Assembly (NCBI GenBank): GCA_965214605.1 | Contig: OZ243961.1 | Coordinates: 3,424,001-3,488,000 of the forward strand | Direction of reading: 5' to 3' | Length of the DNA: 64,000 nt | DNA from: an uncultured Candidatus Binatia bacterium | Lineage (GTDB): Bacteria; Desulfobacterota; Binatia; Bin18 | Shown: positions 48,763 to 58,639 of the stretch, in pieces | Layout: each line of letters begins with the position of its first letter | Position numbering within the stretch: the first letter of the stretch is position 1 | Program-made: the position numbers and the translations under genes | Notes under the pieces: model-generated | What the model was told of the DNA's origin: nothing | The model's input: the letters and a program-made list of their open reading frames with translations, nothing else | The model's database searches: none

Positions 48763-50715
48763 ATGAGTTCGGTGAGAAAAAAATCTCATGAGCCGGGCAG
48801 AAGTGGGAGTTGCGGCTGGGTGTCGGATTGGCAGACGTTCTGGACCACGAGGCGTGCTGACATTTTTCAGGCTGTGTCTCGCTTTGTGCCGAACGCGGGT
48901 CGCGGCCAACGCCAGGCTTGGCGCGACTCAATTCGTATCTTGCAGCAGAGTCTGAGGCAGGTGCCCGAGTCGGTCCAAGATTTGAGCGTCATCCTCGAAT
49001 ATGCACTGTCCCGCCAAGCGCGCCGGGCCGATGCGATTGTCTGCGGTAAGGGCAGCCTTGCCGTGCTTGAGTTTAAAAGTAAAACCAGTCCCAGCCGGGC
49101 CGACTTAGATCAAACCCTGGCCTATGCCCGCGACCTCAGGTGCTATCATCGCCAGTGCGCCACACGACCTGTGCGCGCCGTCTTGGTGCTGACCCGAGCC
49201 AAGCAGTCCTATCAAGAACTTGACGGTGTGACGCTTGTTGACCCTGACCGGTTGATCACGGTGCTGTCTCACCTCGCCCAAGGTTCGGCCCCGGCGATTG
49301 CCTCACGCGCCTTTCTCAATGACGAGGCCTACGCGCCCCTCCCGAGCCTCGTACAGGCCGCCCGCCATCTGTTTGCCCAGCGGCGTATTCCTCCGATGTG
49401 GCGGGCGGCCGCGGCCACAGACCCAGCTGTTGAGTGTCTGGCAACAATCGTCCGCCAGGCTGCGCAAACAAAAACCCGCCGACTAGCATTGCTCACCGGT
49501 GTTCCTGGATCGGGTAAGACCTTGGTCGGCCTGCGGCTCGTCCACGCCCGCTTTCTTGATGATGTGGCGGTCTCACGCGAACTGGACCTCCCCGCCCCGG
49601 CCGTTTTTCTGTCCGGCAATAGGCCCCTAGTCCAGGTTCTCCAACACGCCTTGCGCGAGGCTGGTGGCGGAGGCCGGGTGTTTGTCCAAGATCTGAAAAA
49701 CTACGTCAAAACCTACACCGCAAAAAAATTGGCGGTTCCACCCGAGCACGTGTTTGTCTTTGACGAAGCCCAACGCGCTTGGGACGCCGAGCAGGTAGCG
49801 CGCAAGCACGGGTATACGGACCCGGTAAGGTCCGCGCGGTCCGAACCCGAGCATGTGATTGCATTTGCCGAACGTGTTCCAGACTGGTGTGTGGTAGTGG
49901 GGCTGATAGGAGTTGGACAAGAGATTCACATCGGCGAGGAGGGTGGTCTTCAGCAGTGGCGTCTGGCCGTGACCCGAGCCGGTGAGCCCGGCCGCTGGCA
50001 GGTTCATGTGCCTCCGAGTCTGATGGACGTGTTCACCTCCAGTTTTGCATTTGAGGTTCGGACACACTTAGACCCCGTCCTCAATCTTGATACCGAGCTG
50101 CGCTACCACCTAGCTCCTCAGATCGCCGCCTTTGTTGAGGCGCTAGTGGATTCAGAGGGCCAGGCTCAGGCCGACACATCGGCCGTGCAACTGGCAGACG
50201 TCGCGTTTCAGCACGGCCACCGCTATCTGATCACGCGCGATTTGGCAGCGGCAAAAGCCTATGCCCGGGCGCGTTACGCCGATGCACCAACGGCGCGTTA
50301 CGGGCTGCTGGCCTCTTCGAAAGATCGCGATCTGGTACACTATGGGGTGGATAATACGTTCCGCACGACCCAGCGTTTGCACGTTGGACGATGGTATAAC
50401 CAGCCCGCCGACGCCCCAGATTCGTGTTGCGCCCTTGATCAGGTAGCGACCGAATTTGCTGCCCAGGGTTTAGAGTTGGACCTCGCCATTGTTGCCTGGG
50501 GGACGGATTTTGTACGTCGCTCTGGCCGCTGGTCGATTGAGCGGGCGCGCGGTTTTCGCCGCCCCGTACGCGATCCGTTTCAGCTCCGACAGAACGTCTA
50601 TCGCGTATTGCTGACCCGGGGACGGGACGGAACGGTGATCTACCTGCCTCCGATCGCCTTTCTGGATGAAACCTGGGCCTATCTCCAACAGCTCGGTCTG
50701 CGGCCGCTGGCCTAA
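48763..50715 (+). CDS. DUF2075 / Schlafen group 3-like DNA/RNA helicase with an N-terminal nuclease-like domain
   Basis: EY....RRAD.I....VLEFK, Walker A GVPGSGKT, FLSGN, FDEAQRAW, QGLELD and YRVLLTRGR motifs. Confidence 0.88.
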   Translation: MSSVRKKSHEPGRSGSCGWVSDWQTFWTTRRADIFQAVSRFVPNAGRGQRQAWRDSIRILQQSLRQVPESVQDLSVILEYALSRQARRADAIVCGKGSLAVLEFKSKTSPSRADLDQTLAYARDLRCYHRQCATRPVRAVLVLTRAKQSYQELDGVTLVDPDRLITVLSHLAQGSAPAIASRAFLNDEAYAPLPSLVQAARHLFAQRRIPPMWRAAAATDPAVECLATIVRQAAQTKTRRLALLTGVPGSGKTLVGLRLVHARFLDDVAVSRELDLPAPAVFLSGNRPLVQVLQHALREAGGGGRVFVQDLKNYVKTYTAKKLAVPPEHVFVFDEAQRAWDAEQVARKHGYTDPVRSARSEPEHVIAFAERVPDWCVVVGLIGVGQEIHIGEEGGLQQWRLAVTRAGEPGRWQVHVPPSLMDVFTSSFAFEVRTHLDPVLNLDTELRYHLAPQIAAFVEALVDSEGQAQADTSAVQLADVAFQHGHRYLITRDLAAAKAYARARYADAPTARYGLLASSKDRDLVHYGVDNTFRTTQRLHVGRWYNQPADAPDSCCALDQVATEFAAQGLELDLAIVAWGTDFVRRSGRWSIERARGFRRPVRDPFQLRQNVYRVLLTRGRDGTVIYLPPIAFLDETWAYLQQLGLRPLA

Positions 50716-50797
50716 AGCCCGCGCTTTCTTCCGGGCGTTGCCCTGTGCTAGAGTCCGACAGTATTCTGTCTTGCGATATTTTAAGGAGGGGACAACA

Positions 50798-52012
50798 ATG
50801 GCGAGACCTCTGGATGGCATCCGAGTGCTGGACTGGACAATTTTTCAGCAGGGACCGGTGGCAACCATGATGCTCGGCGACTTGGGGGCCGAGGTGATTA
50901 AAATTGAAGAGCGGGTTGGGGGTGATCCTGGTCGTGGAGTGATGCAGATTGCTGGCAGTAAAACCGGTGGCACAAAACGCAACTACTACTTTGAGGCCAA
51001 TAACCGGCAGAAAAAGAGTCTGACCCTTGATCTCAAAAAACCCCAGGCCCGGGAGATCGTCTATCAACTGGTCAAAAAATCTGACGTTTTTGTCCAGAAT
51101 TTTCGCAAAGGCGTAGCCGCCAAGCTGGGCATCGATTACCAGACCTTATCCCGCCACAACCCCCAGCTGATTTACGCTAGTGCGACCGGCTACGGTCCCA
51201 ATGGACCGGACTCCGGGGAGCCGTCGTTTGACTACATGGGTCTGGCCCGTTCCGGAATCATGAATACGGTCGGAGAGCCGAACATGGCCCCGATGAATAT
51301 CACCGGCGGTATCGCTGACCAGATGGGCGCTATCATGCTCGCCCACGGTATTGTTGTGGCACTGTTAGCGCGCGAACGTTTGGGCGTTGGCCAAGAGGTG
51401 AACACCTCCCACTTGGGCAGCATGATGGCTCTCCAGGGATTGAATCTGGCCTGTCGTCTGACCCTGGGCAAAGAGTTTAAGCGCTTCTATCGGACCGAGG
51501 CGGTCAATCCGCTCTGGAATCACTACAAGTGTCAGGATGAGAAGTGGCTTTGTCTGGCCATGCCGCAGGCCGACCGGTACTGGTCGGATTTCTGCAAAGC
51601 ACTGGGTATCTCCCACCTTGAAAAAGACCCGCGTTTCGAGACTATGCGGGCCCGGGGTAAGAACGCCAAGGAGCTGATCGGCATTCTGGACGAGATCTGG
51701 GCCGGTAAACCCCGCGATGAGTGGATGCGCATCCTGAAAAACGGCGGTGACTTTATCTATACCATCGTCAATAGCATCAACGATCTGCCCGACGATCAGC
51801 AGATGATCGACAACGACTACGTGGTTGACTACGATCATCCGTCCTGGGGACCGAGCAAGATTGTAGGCTCGCCGCTCATCCTGAGCAAAACACCGGCCGA
51901 TCCCAAGGCACCGGCGCCCGAGTTTGGGGAGCACTCGGAGCGGATTCTGATTGACCTCTTGGACTATTCCTGGGAACAGATCGGTCAGCTCAGAGAGCAA
52001 GAAGTGATTTAG
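50798..52012 (+). CDS. CaiB/BaiF family CoA-transferase
   Basis: GIRVLD, QGPVA, LGAEVIKIE, NFRKG, GYGPNGP and APEFGEH motifs; ATG 50798 follows AAGGAGG. Confidence 0.92.
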   Translation: MARPLDGIRVLDWTIFQQGPVATMMLGDLGAEVIKIEERVGGDPGRGVMQIAGSKTGGTKRNYYFEANNRQKKSLTLDLKKPQAREIVYQLVKKSDVFVQNFRKGVAAKLGIDYQTLSRHNPQLIYASATGYGPNGPDSGEPSFDYMGLARSGIMNTVGEPNMAPMNITGGIADQMGAIMLAHGIVVALLARERLGVGQEVNTSHLGSMMALQGLNLACRLTLGKEFKRFYRTEAVNPLWNHYKCQDEKWLCLAMPQADRYWSDFCKALGISHLEKDPRFETMRARGKNAKELIGILDEIWAGKPRDEWMRILKNGGDFIYTIVNSINDLPDDQQMIDNDYVVDYDHPSWGPSKIVGSPLILSKTPADPKAPAPEFGEHSERILIDLLDYSWEQIGQLREQEVI

Positions 52013-52873
52013 CATCTAGGCCGAGGAAGAGAGCTTGTGTACCATGGAGAGGCCCTGGCTGTGGTTGACGTGCGGATGCCTGCGTCTTTGTCTTGCATCT
52101 GCCTGAGCTGGTGCGGGACAAGGAGTATATCTTGAGCGGCATTCTGGCGAACACCGTCGATGTCTACTGAGGTAGAGACGGACGAGGGTGGTCAAAACCT
52201 TTGGGTAAGGACAAGGGCCGCTCTCTGCCGTGGCCTCCACCCTCCTGCCCACAATCCGGGGAATAGACCTCAATCAGATCATGGCCGTTGTTGATCTGGA
52301 GGCAGGCCAAGAGGTGCTACGCTCTGACTTCTCATAATGAGCGGGCAGGACGAGAGCGCTTGAGGCGCATCCTCACGGGTCTCTTCTTCGCTCAAGAAAG
52401 AGCTTGGCAAATATGAGCTTCTTGAGACCCGCCTGCGGTTCGTTGACGTCGAGGGATGAATATCATGTGAGCAGTGATTATGACGTTCCGTCCCTCTCAA
52501 GAGCAGACTATGACAATTGGGCTTGGATTCTGGACAGATCGAGGTTGGCAGCGACGGCAAACCGTGTAGGTGCGGATTTGCCAGGACTTCTGAGGATAGG
52601 GAGAAGAAGCTGGTAGCGTTCGCATCCGACCTAGCCTGGCAGCGGCAGGTGGCGGAGCAGATATGGAGGAAAGGGAAGGGGTAATTGATCGGGACACAGG
52701 TCCAAGAGTAGCGCATTGATAATGGGGTGTCGGGAGGCTGCCCGGTCTCCGGTTCGCCAATCATCCTCTGGGCCTGTTTGAGAAGCACGGTATCGCAAAA
52801 TCGGGAACTGAAAGTCTTCAGCACTGGCAAGCGGCGTGCCTGGCTGTCTCGGCTATGAAGACAGGCAAGAGAG

Positions 52874-54604
52874 CTAGGGATCATTCACAAAAGCCCCCGA
52901 CCGGTAGAAGGCGCGAGTGACATCGGAGGAAAACGGTCTCCTGGTGGCAAAGGTTGCCAACAGAATCCTCATGGTTGACTTCCTCGTCGAGGTGAGGGGT
53001 AGCGCCAGAGAGCGATGGGCAGAGGTGTACCCTCTCCACAGGGTGCTGGTCTGTGAGACTCCTACTTCCCGGGCTGGGGTCAGCCGACTACGGGTGAACA
53101 GATCTAGCGACAGGTCGTGGTTGTAGCGCGACTTGTTCACGGTTGAGACCGTCGTGCGCTTGAGCTGATAGTCGATCCATGAGCGACCGAGCAGAATCGG
53201 AACCTCGACGTTGGGGGTGCCTTGGACGTGACGCGGGTGACCGTAGCTGTACAACAACGTCTGCCAGTGGGCGCCCTCGGCGTCAAACATGAGAGCGTAG
53301 AGCGGGACTGAGGTCTGCCGATCTACGTACAGCACACGGCGGCTATAGGGGTGGTCAGGACTGCGGGGGAGGGTTTCTAGCACGTACACCTGACGCAGCT
53401 CCCACGGATCGGTCGGATAGCCCCCGCCGGTTCCCCCAAATTGTGCCACCCGACCCCGAACAAAGCCCGGCGCCAGAGCCAGTTGGGTCGTCATCAAACG
53501 CCAGGTAAAGGTCGGGATTTGCTCGCCGACAACATCCTCGGCAACCATGGTAAAGCCCAAGGCCGAGGCTTCGGGGGTAGGACCGACGGTGGTGAACTGT
53601 CCGCTGCTGGCCACGGCCATCCACTGGCCGATGGGACGCTGATCGGTATGACAGCGATGGCGCAGGAAGCTTATGCTAGGGCCCGCCGGATCAGAGGTCT
53701 GCTCAAAAGGAAAGCTGAACAGCTGAACATACTCTTTGGCCACGATCCCGCTGTTTTGCCAAGCCGGGACGTTATATTCCTCTCTGGCACGGTACATGCC
53801 AAACGCTTGGGCTGAGTGGCTGGAAAAGGTGTACTCGGCCTCGCTTTTGCCATCGCGTGAAACCGTATCGGTCCACTGTTCAATACGGTCGCCGCTATCC
53901 CGGTAGCGAATGTTCCAGGCGGCTTTGAGCCCGGCTTGGGGGTCTGCCATATCTAGAACCGCAAAAGGTAAACCGGCCCGATACGCCTGAAGCTCAGCGC
54001 CACCGTCTCCAAGTCGAACCTGAGCGCCAAAGCCCAGGGTGGCTACGGTATAGGTGGTGCTGGGCGGGAGGTCGGTCGTTTCTTGGACCATGATAGAGAA
54101 ATCGCCGTTGGCAACGTAGTGGAGGAGCTGGGGCGGCAACAGGTCCTGAGCAGCCTGCCAGTTATCGGCCGAGATCTGAATACCCGGAGTGATCGTCTTG
54201 ATTAACGGCGTGCCGCGTGTGTAGGGATAAAAGCTGGCCAGCACCTGGCCTCGAAAGGCCACATTGCCCTGTCCGCTACCGTGCTTGTCAGCCAAGCTAC
54301 GAGCGATCAACAGCTCGTGTTCGATCTGTTGCTGGGATAGAGCAAATTCCGTGCGCAGACGGCTGCGCGTGGCGGGATCAAGGCGGCTATAGCGCTTGAG
54401 GCTCTCTTCGTACTCTACGATCGCCTCAAGGTGGCGACCCTGTTTGAGATAGGTCTGGGCGGTGTTGTAGGTGTTAAACGCGAGCAAAAAATCGTTCATG
54501 CCGAGCGCGCCGGCGCGTGGTTGTGTAGGCGAGTGTGAGCCACACGCACCCAGCAGACTGACGCTTAGCAGAGCAAAGATCCGTAAAAGAGTGGCGTAGC
54601 GCAT
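52874..54604 (-). CDS. DUF1329-like protein with an N-terminal lipoprotein signal and TPR-like helices
   Basis: Lipobox LGAC; Y.AGLPF...DPQAG.K.AWN, WELR.VYVLE and HPYSRR.LYVD motifs. Confidence 0.8.
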   Translation of the reverse strand: MRYATLLRIFALLSVSLLGACGSHSPTQPRAGALGMNDFLLAFNTYNTAQTYLKQGRHLEAIVEYEESLKRYSRLDPATRSRLRTEFALSQQQIEHELLIARSLADKHGSGQGNVAFRGQVLASFYPYTRGTPLIKTITPGIQISADNWQAAQDLLPPQLLHYVANGDFSIMVQETTDLPPSTTYTVATLGFGAQVRLGDGGAELQAYRAGLPFAVLDMADPQAGLKAAWNIRYRDSGDRIEQWTDTVSRDGKSEAEYTFSSHSAQAFGMYRAREEYNVPAWQNSGIVAKEYVQLFSFPFEQTSDPAGPSISFLRHRCHTDQRPIGQWMAVASSGQFTTVGPTPEASALGFTMVAEDVVGEQIPTFTWRLMTTQLALAPGFVRGRVAQFGGTGGGYPTDPWELRQVYVLETLPRSPDHPYSRRVLYVDRQTSVPLYALMFDAEGAHWQTLLYSYGHPRHVQGTPNVEVPILLGRSWIDYQLKRTTVSTVNKSRYNHDLSLDLFTRSRLTPAREVGVSQTSTLWRGYTSAHRSLALPLTSTRKSTMRILLATFATRRPFSSDVTRAFYRSGAFVNDP

Positions 54605-54712
54605 AGCGACCTCCTCCTTTGGCTCTATTGCCGTGTCTATGAGCGGCTGTCAGGCAGCTCTCCTTGTTGCTCTGCGTTCTTCTAGTATGGAGTATCGGCC
54701 GTCACTCCGTCC

Positions 54713-57151
54713 TCATTGTCGGGAGGAAAAGTTTTCCGTCCCGACAGGCGCTGGGTGCAGCACAGTCTTGTGCTGGGTGACGGCTTCAATCTTCTCCCGC
54801 GAGTACGGGAGGGGGAAGTAGCGACCTGCGGCCCACATGGCGGCAAGGTCTCGGTAGTGTTCGTCATCCGGATTGCCGGACTGGCCGGGCGCGTTGATAC
54901 CCAACGAGCGATCCCAGTCCGACAGGTCGGCAATAATCCGAAAGGACGCTCCAGTCTCTTGGGCCGCGTTATTGTCGCTGTTGTTAAGTGTATACCTATC
55001 CCCTCCCCGGGCGATGGGACCAACCTCAAAGCGTTTGGCATATTCGGGGGTAACCGCTCCACTGAGAGGATGGCGTATCAGGATATGATGATACTGGGCT
55101 TGGCCGTAGGTCCAGGCCTGCGGCTCAGGACCGAACCGCTCTGTCAGATTCTGGACGGCTTGTTCCAAACTTGTCAGGACAAACTGGTCGCGGCCGGCGG
55201 TAGGATCTTGGCCATAGCGGCTGTCCGGGGCAAGCAAACTGTTGATCACGGGCTGGAGAACTATGGTGGGGAAGTGTTCGTGCAGAGCCTGGGGGACTTG
55301 GCGATCAAGAAAATTTTTCCACAGGCGCTCCTGCCAGGCGGCGTAGATGCCAGCGGCGACCGAGTCTTTGGCCAGGACATAATTCCAGGCGAGCAGTGTT
55401 TCGATCGCCTGCTGGACCGGCAGCTGGTCGGAGTGTAGACCGCTCAGCAGGGGGACGAGCGTCCGGGCAGGAATGGATAGCTCGTCGTTTTGAAGCCGCA
55501 TCATATCCATAGTAGTGAAGTTCCTGCGGCTGTCTAAAACCTCCTGAGCACGGGCGAAACGGTACGGCTCAATCCAGAAATAGCTAATCGGATAGGGGTA
55601 GTTGGGCGGCAGGTTCTCCTGGTTGGCAGTGGCCCAGAAGCCCTGGGGCGGATTGAAGACATGCGGAAGTTGTTTGATCGGTAGATAGCCGGCCCACTCG
55701 AACCGGCCGTCACCCGGAACCGGCAACAGGCCGTTCCAATTCGGCCGGAGAGGAACAACACCAACGGCCTGCCACCCAATGTTTCCCTCCACATCGGCCC
55801 AAACCATGTTTTCTGAGGGAGCGCGGGAGTAGGCACAGGCTTCCCGAAACTCTTCCCAATTGTTGGCCTGGTCCATACGTAAACTGGCCAAATACGGCGC
55901 GCCGCCAATTTCCAGCCAGGCAGCCCGCAGACCATAAGCGCGGTGCGTGTCGGGGTCGGCCTTCAGAATCGGGCCGTGGAGGGTGTAGCGCAGCTCAACC
56001 CTGACTGGCTCTTGGCCTTTGATCTGGATCGTCTCCGGGTAGATCCGCATGTCTTGCCACTCGCCCTGGTAGCGGTACTGGTTTGGATTGTCGGGGTTGG
56101 TCTCGTATACGTACAAGTCTTCCGCATCGGTTGGAAAGATAGTCAGTCCCCAGGCTCCGTATTCGTTGTGGCCGATCGATACGCCAGGCAGGTGCGGCTC
56201 ACCACCACCAATCACGTTCCAGCCCGGGGCGACCAAATGAACCCAGTAACGGAGCGACGGGGCAGTGATAGCTCGGTGCGGATCGTTAACCATAAAGGGC
56301 TGACGGCTCAGGGTGTGAGAGCCCGCAACGACCCAGTTGTTGCTGCCCTCTCCTTCGGAGGTCGCAGGGCTGCTTTGGAGGGGGGGTGGGGAGGGCGTGG
56401 CACGGGCGGCAGGATCAACAATATCCTCAGGCTGAAACTCCACTCGCTGTCGGGCGGCGGTGTAATATTTGCCGACGTCGGCCGGTATGGCGCTGAGATC
56501 GAGGCCCTCGGCAACGGTCAGATCGGGCTTGCCGGGATGGAGGTTTAACATCTCACGTGTTTTGTCCGGTCCGAGGCTGGGCAGGACAGTGGCTATACGA
56601 AGTTCGGTCTGGAAATTCAGAAAAATACCGCCCAAGCGAGACACTACGATTTCCGGGGTCCAGGCTTGGGGTCTGATGCCGAGCAGGTGAAACTCGACAG
56701 GCAGGAGTTCGGGCTGTTGTCGGGTCTGTTCGATGTAGGCGTTAATGCCTCTGACGAAAGCGGTGATAATCTGCTCACCCTGGGGATGATAGTAGTACAT
56801 ATCGAGGCGAAGATCGCCGCGGGGTCGCAGCAGCCGAGCACCAATGTCTCGGTCGAGCGCCTTTGGGCCTTGAATCTCTGCCATCGTACCGGTCACTCGA
56901 CGACGCCAGATTTCGAGCTGGAAAAGACGGTCCTGGGCAGCGTTGTAGCCCTGGGCAAAGAACAGGTCGTCCTGATTTTTAGCGTAGATGTGAGCAACCC
57001 CCCAGCGGTCGGAGAGAATTTCGACCGGTTCGTTGAGGCCGGGGACCTGCAAGGTGGCGGTTTGCTCCTCGGCTCGGAGAGCGGGGAGCGGGAGGCTGAG
57101 GATGACGGCAAGGAGGCTCATGACGACGGATTGTACACCACCAGGCTTCAT
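54713..57151 (-). CDS. Penicillin acylase / acyl-homoserine-lactone acylase family Ntn hydrolase
   Basis: DRWGVAHIYA, QDRLFQ, SNNWVV nucleophile, NDPH, ATAN and PGQSG motifs; signal peptide. Confidence 0.92.
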   Translation of the reverse strand: MKPGGVQSVVMSLLAVILSLPLPALRAEEQTATLQVPGLNEPVEILSDRWGVAHIYAKNQDDLFFAQGYNAAQDRLFQLEIWRRRVTGTMAEIQGPKALDRDIGARLLRPRGDLRLDMYYYHPQGEQIITAFVRGINAYIEQTRQQPELLPVEFHLLGIRPQAWTPEIVVSRLGGIFLNFQTELRIATVLPSLGPDKTREMLNLHPGKPDLTVAEGLDLSAIPADVGKYYTAARQRVEFQPEDIVDPAARATPSPPPLQSSPATSEGEGSNNWVVAGSHTLSRQPFMVNDPHRAITAPSLRYWVHLVAPGWNVIGGGEPHLPGVSIGHNEYGAWGLTIFPTDAEDLYVYETNPDNPNQYRYQGEWQDMRIYPETIQIKGQEPVRVELRYTLHGPILKADPDTHRAYGLRAAWLEIGGAPYLASLRMDQANNWEEFREACAYSRAPSENMVWADVEGNIGWQAVGVVPLRPNWNGLLPVPGDGRFEWAGYLPIKQLPHVFNPPQGFWATANQENLPPNYPYPISYFWIEPYRFARAQEVLDSRRNFTTMDMMRLQNDELSIPARTLVPLLSGLHSDQLPVQQAIETLLAWNYVLAKDSVAAGIYAAWQERLWKNFLDRQVPQALHEHFPTIVLQPVINSLLAPDSRYGQDPTAGRDQFVLTSLEQAVQNLTERFGPEPQAWTYGQAQYHHILIRHPLSGAVTPEYAKRFEVGPIARGGDRYTLNNSDNNAAQETGASFRIIADLSDWDRSLGINAPGQSGNPDDEHYRDLAAMWAAGRYFPLPYSREKIEAVTQHKTVLHPAPVGTENFSSRQ

Positions 57152-57329
57152 TTTTTCTGCTCGCGTAGGAACTATACAGGATGAACGGGCAAGATACCTT
57201 TCTGTGCTACGGAGCTTAGCCAATTGTTTGCTGGGTGTCTACTTCAGCGATGATGAGCGGCCCACGGATAGTGGAGCAGCCTGCATCAATCCCCACAAGG
57301 AGCCCGTCAACACCACCCGCCACCTAGGG

Positions 57330-58600
57330 CGCACTCAAGGGCGCCGTCATACAGAGTTTTAGCGTTTTCGGTACCACGGAGATGGCGACAAAACACGTTC
57401 CTCTTTGTCTCAACCACAAGGTACGGCCACTCGCCCTCTTCAGCATCAATCGCAATTGCCTAGTCCGGGTTGCCGCTGCCGAGCGGTGTTGACACGGAGA
57501 ACCATACCACAGAGCTTGCTATACACCTTAACTGTTTTGCTCTTCTCAAGCTGGGTCGGTAAAACCGCGCTTAGTGTCAGACTCATCAATGACCTGCTCG
57601 TAGACCGACTTTGCGGTGTTGGGCAGGTTCTTTAGGGAGCCGCTCAGCTCTTTCGTTTCAAAGAGTTTCTGCGCGTAGCATTCATCCCCGCTGGTATTTG
57701 ATACCGCCTACCAGGGCTTGTCGCTTACAGTGATTGAAGGCTTGAGCGGCAGGCAACTGCTGGGGACTGCGCTTGAAGTCATCCAGCCCCGTGCACAGTT
57801 GAAAGCTGTACCGCGTTGGCTGCGTCCGGTTCCGAAGTTCGGTCAGCACGTCGGGGAGATCAGTAGCCACCTCGGCCAGCGCCACGCTGGCCGCCCCGGT
57901 TGTCTCGTTTGCCTCCACGCCCGGCTGACCGAGGGCAAGGTCGCCTTTGCGCCACTGGAGTCGGGGTCTTGGTATCGCCGGCGCATTGTGATGCGCTCTG
58001 GCGCCTTAGTAGGTCCTTGTTGTCGATCGCTATGCGATAGGTCTTGTACTTGCTGCGCTTCCAGATGGCCTTGAACTTCGGTCTGTAGAGCACTGGCCTG
58101 ACGCAGGTGGACCTCCACGGTGATCGTCGGCATTCTTGACCTCAAGTCGCCCGGCGATCTTACGCAGCACGACGGTGATCTCCGCCCATTGAGGTGCGAA
58201 CTGATCAAGAAGGCTGAGCGGCTCGTCCTTGAGCGCCTGAGGGAGTCGTATATCTATCCCTACGCGTCAGTGAAGCCGTAGTGCCTGTTCAGCTCGAAGA
58301 TTGTAGGCAGGTAGACATAAGTCTCACCAGTTCCTGTCTCCATCTCCACGGTGAAGTCGCTGGAGTCCAGAGCTGCAGAGGGCGGCAAGCCACTGCGGAT
58401 TTGGACGGCGTTCAGGTTTTTGAGGATCTTATCACTCCGAAGGACGGCCAGCCGGCTACCGAGTTGTCGGGAAAAGCGAGCCACCGCTTGGCGTGCCGCA
58501 GGGTCTTATGATGGTGAACTCGGTCCGGCATATCTCCTAGCCCCGGAACAGGTCGCCTCTCTAGCCTGGATAAAGTCGGGCTCACAGTGGAGTTGTCTTG
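57330..58600 (-). pseudogene. res: Type III restriction endonuclease subunit remnant
   Basis: Collinear fragments LHCEPD..DLFRG*EICRTEF, DFTVEMETGTGETYVY, FKAIWK...YRI, GIKYQ, KSVYEQV, NPD*A and YLVVETK, with stops, frameshifts and large deletions. Confidence 0.88.
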
Positions 58601-58639
58601 CTTCCCTCAATCCCTGGACTTGACCATATTTGCCTGGAT

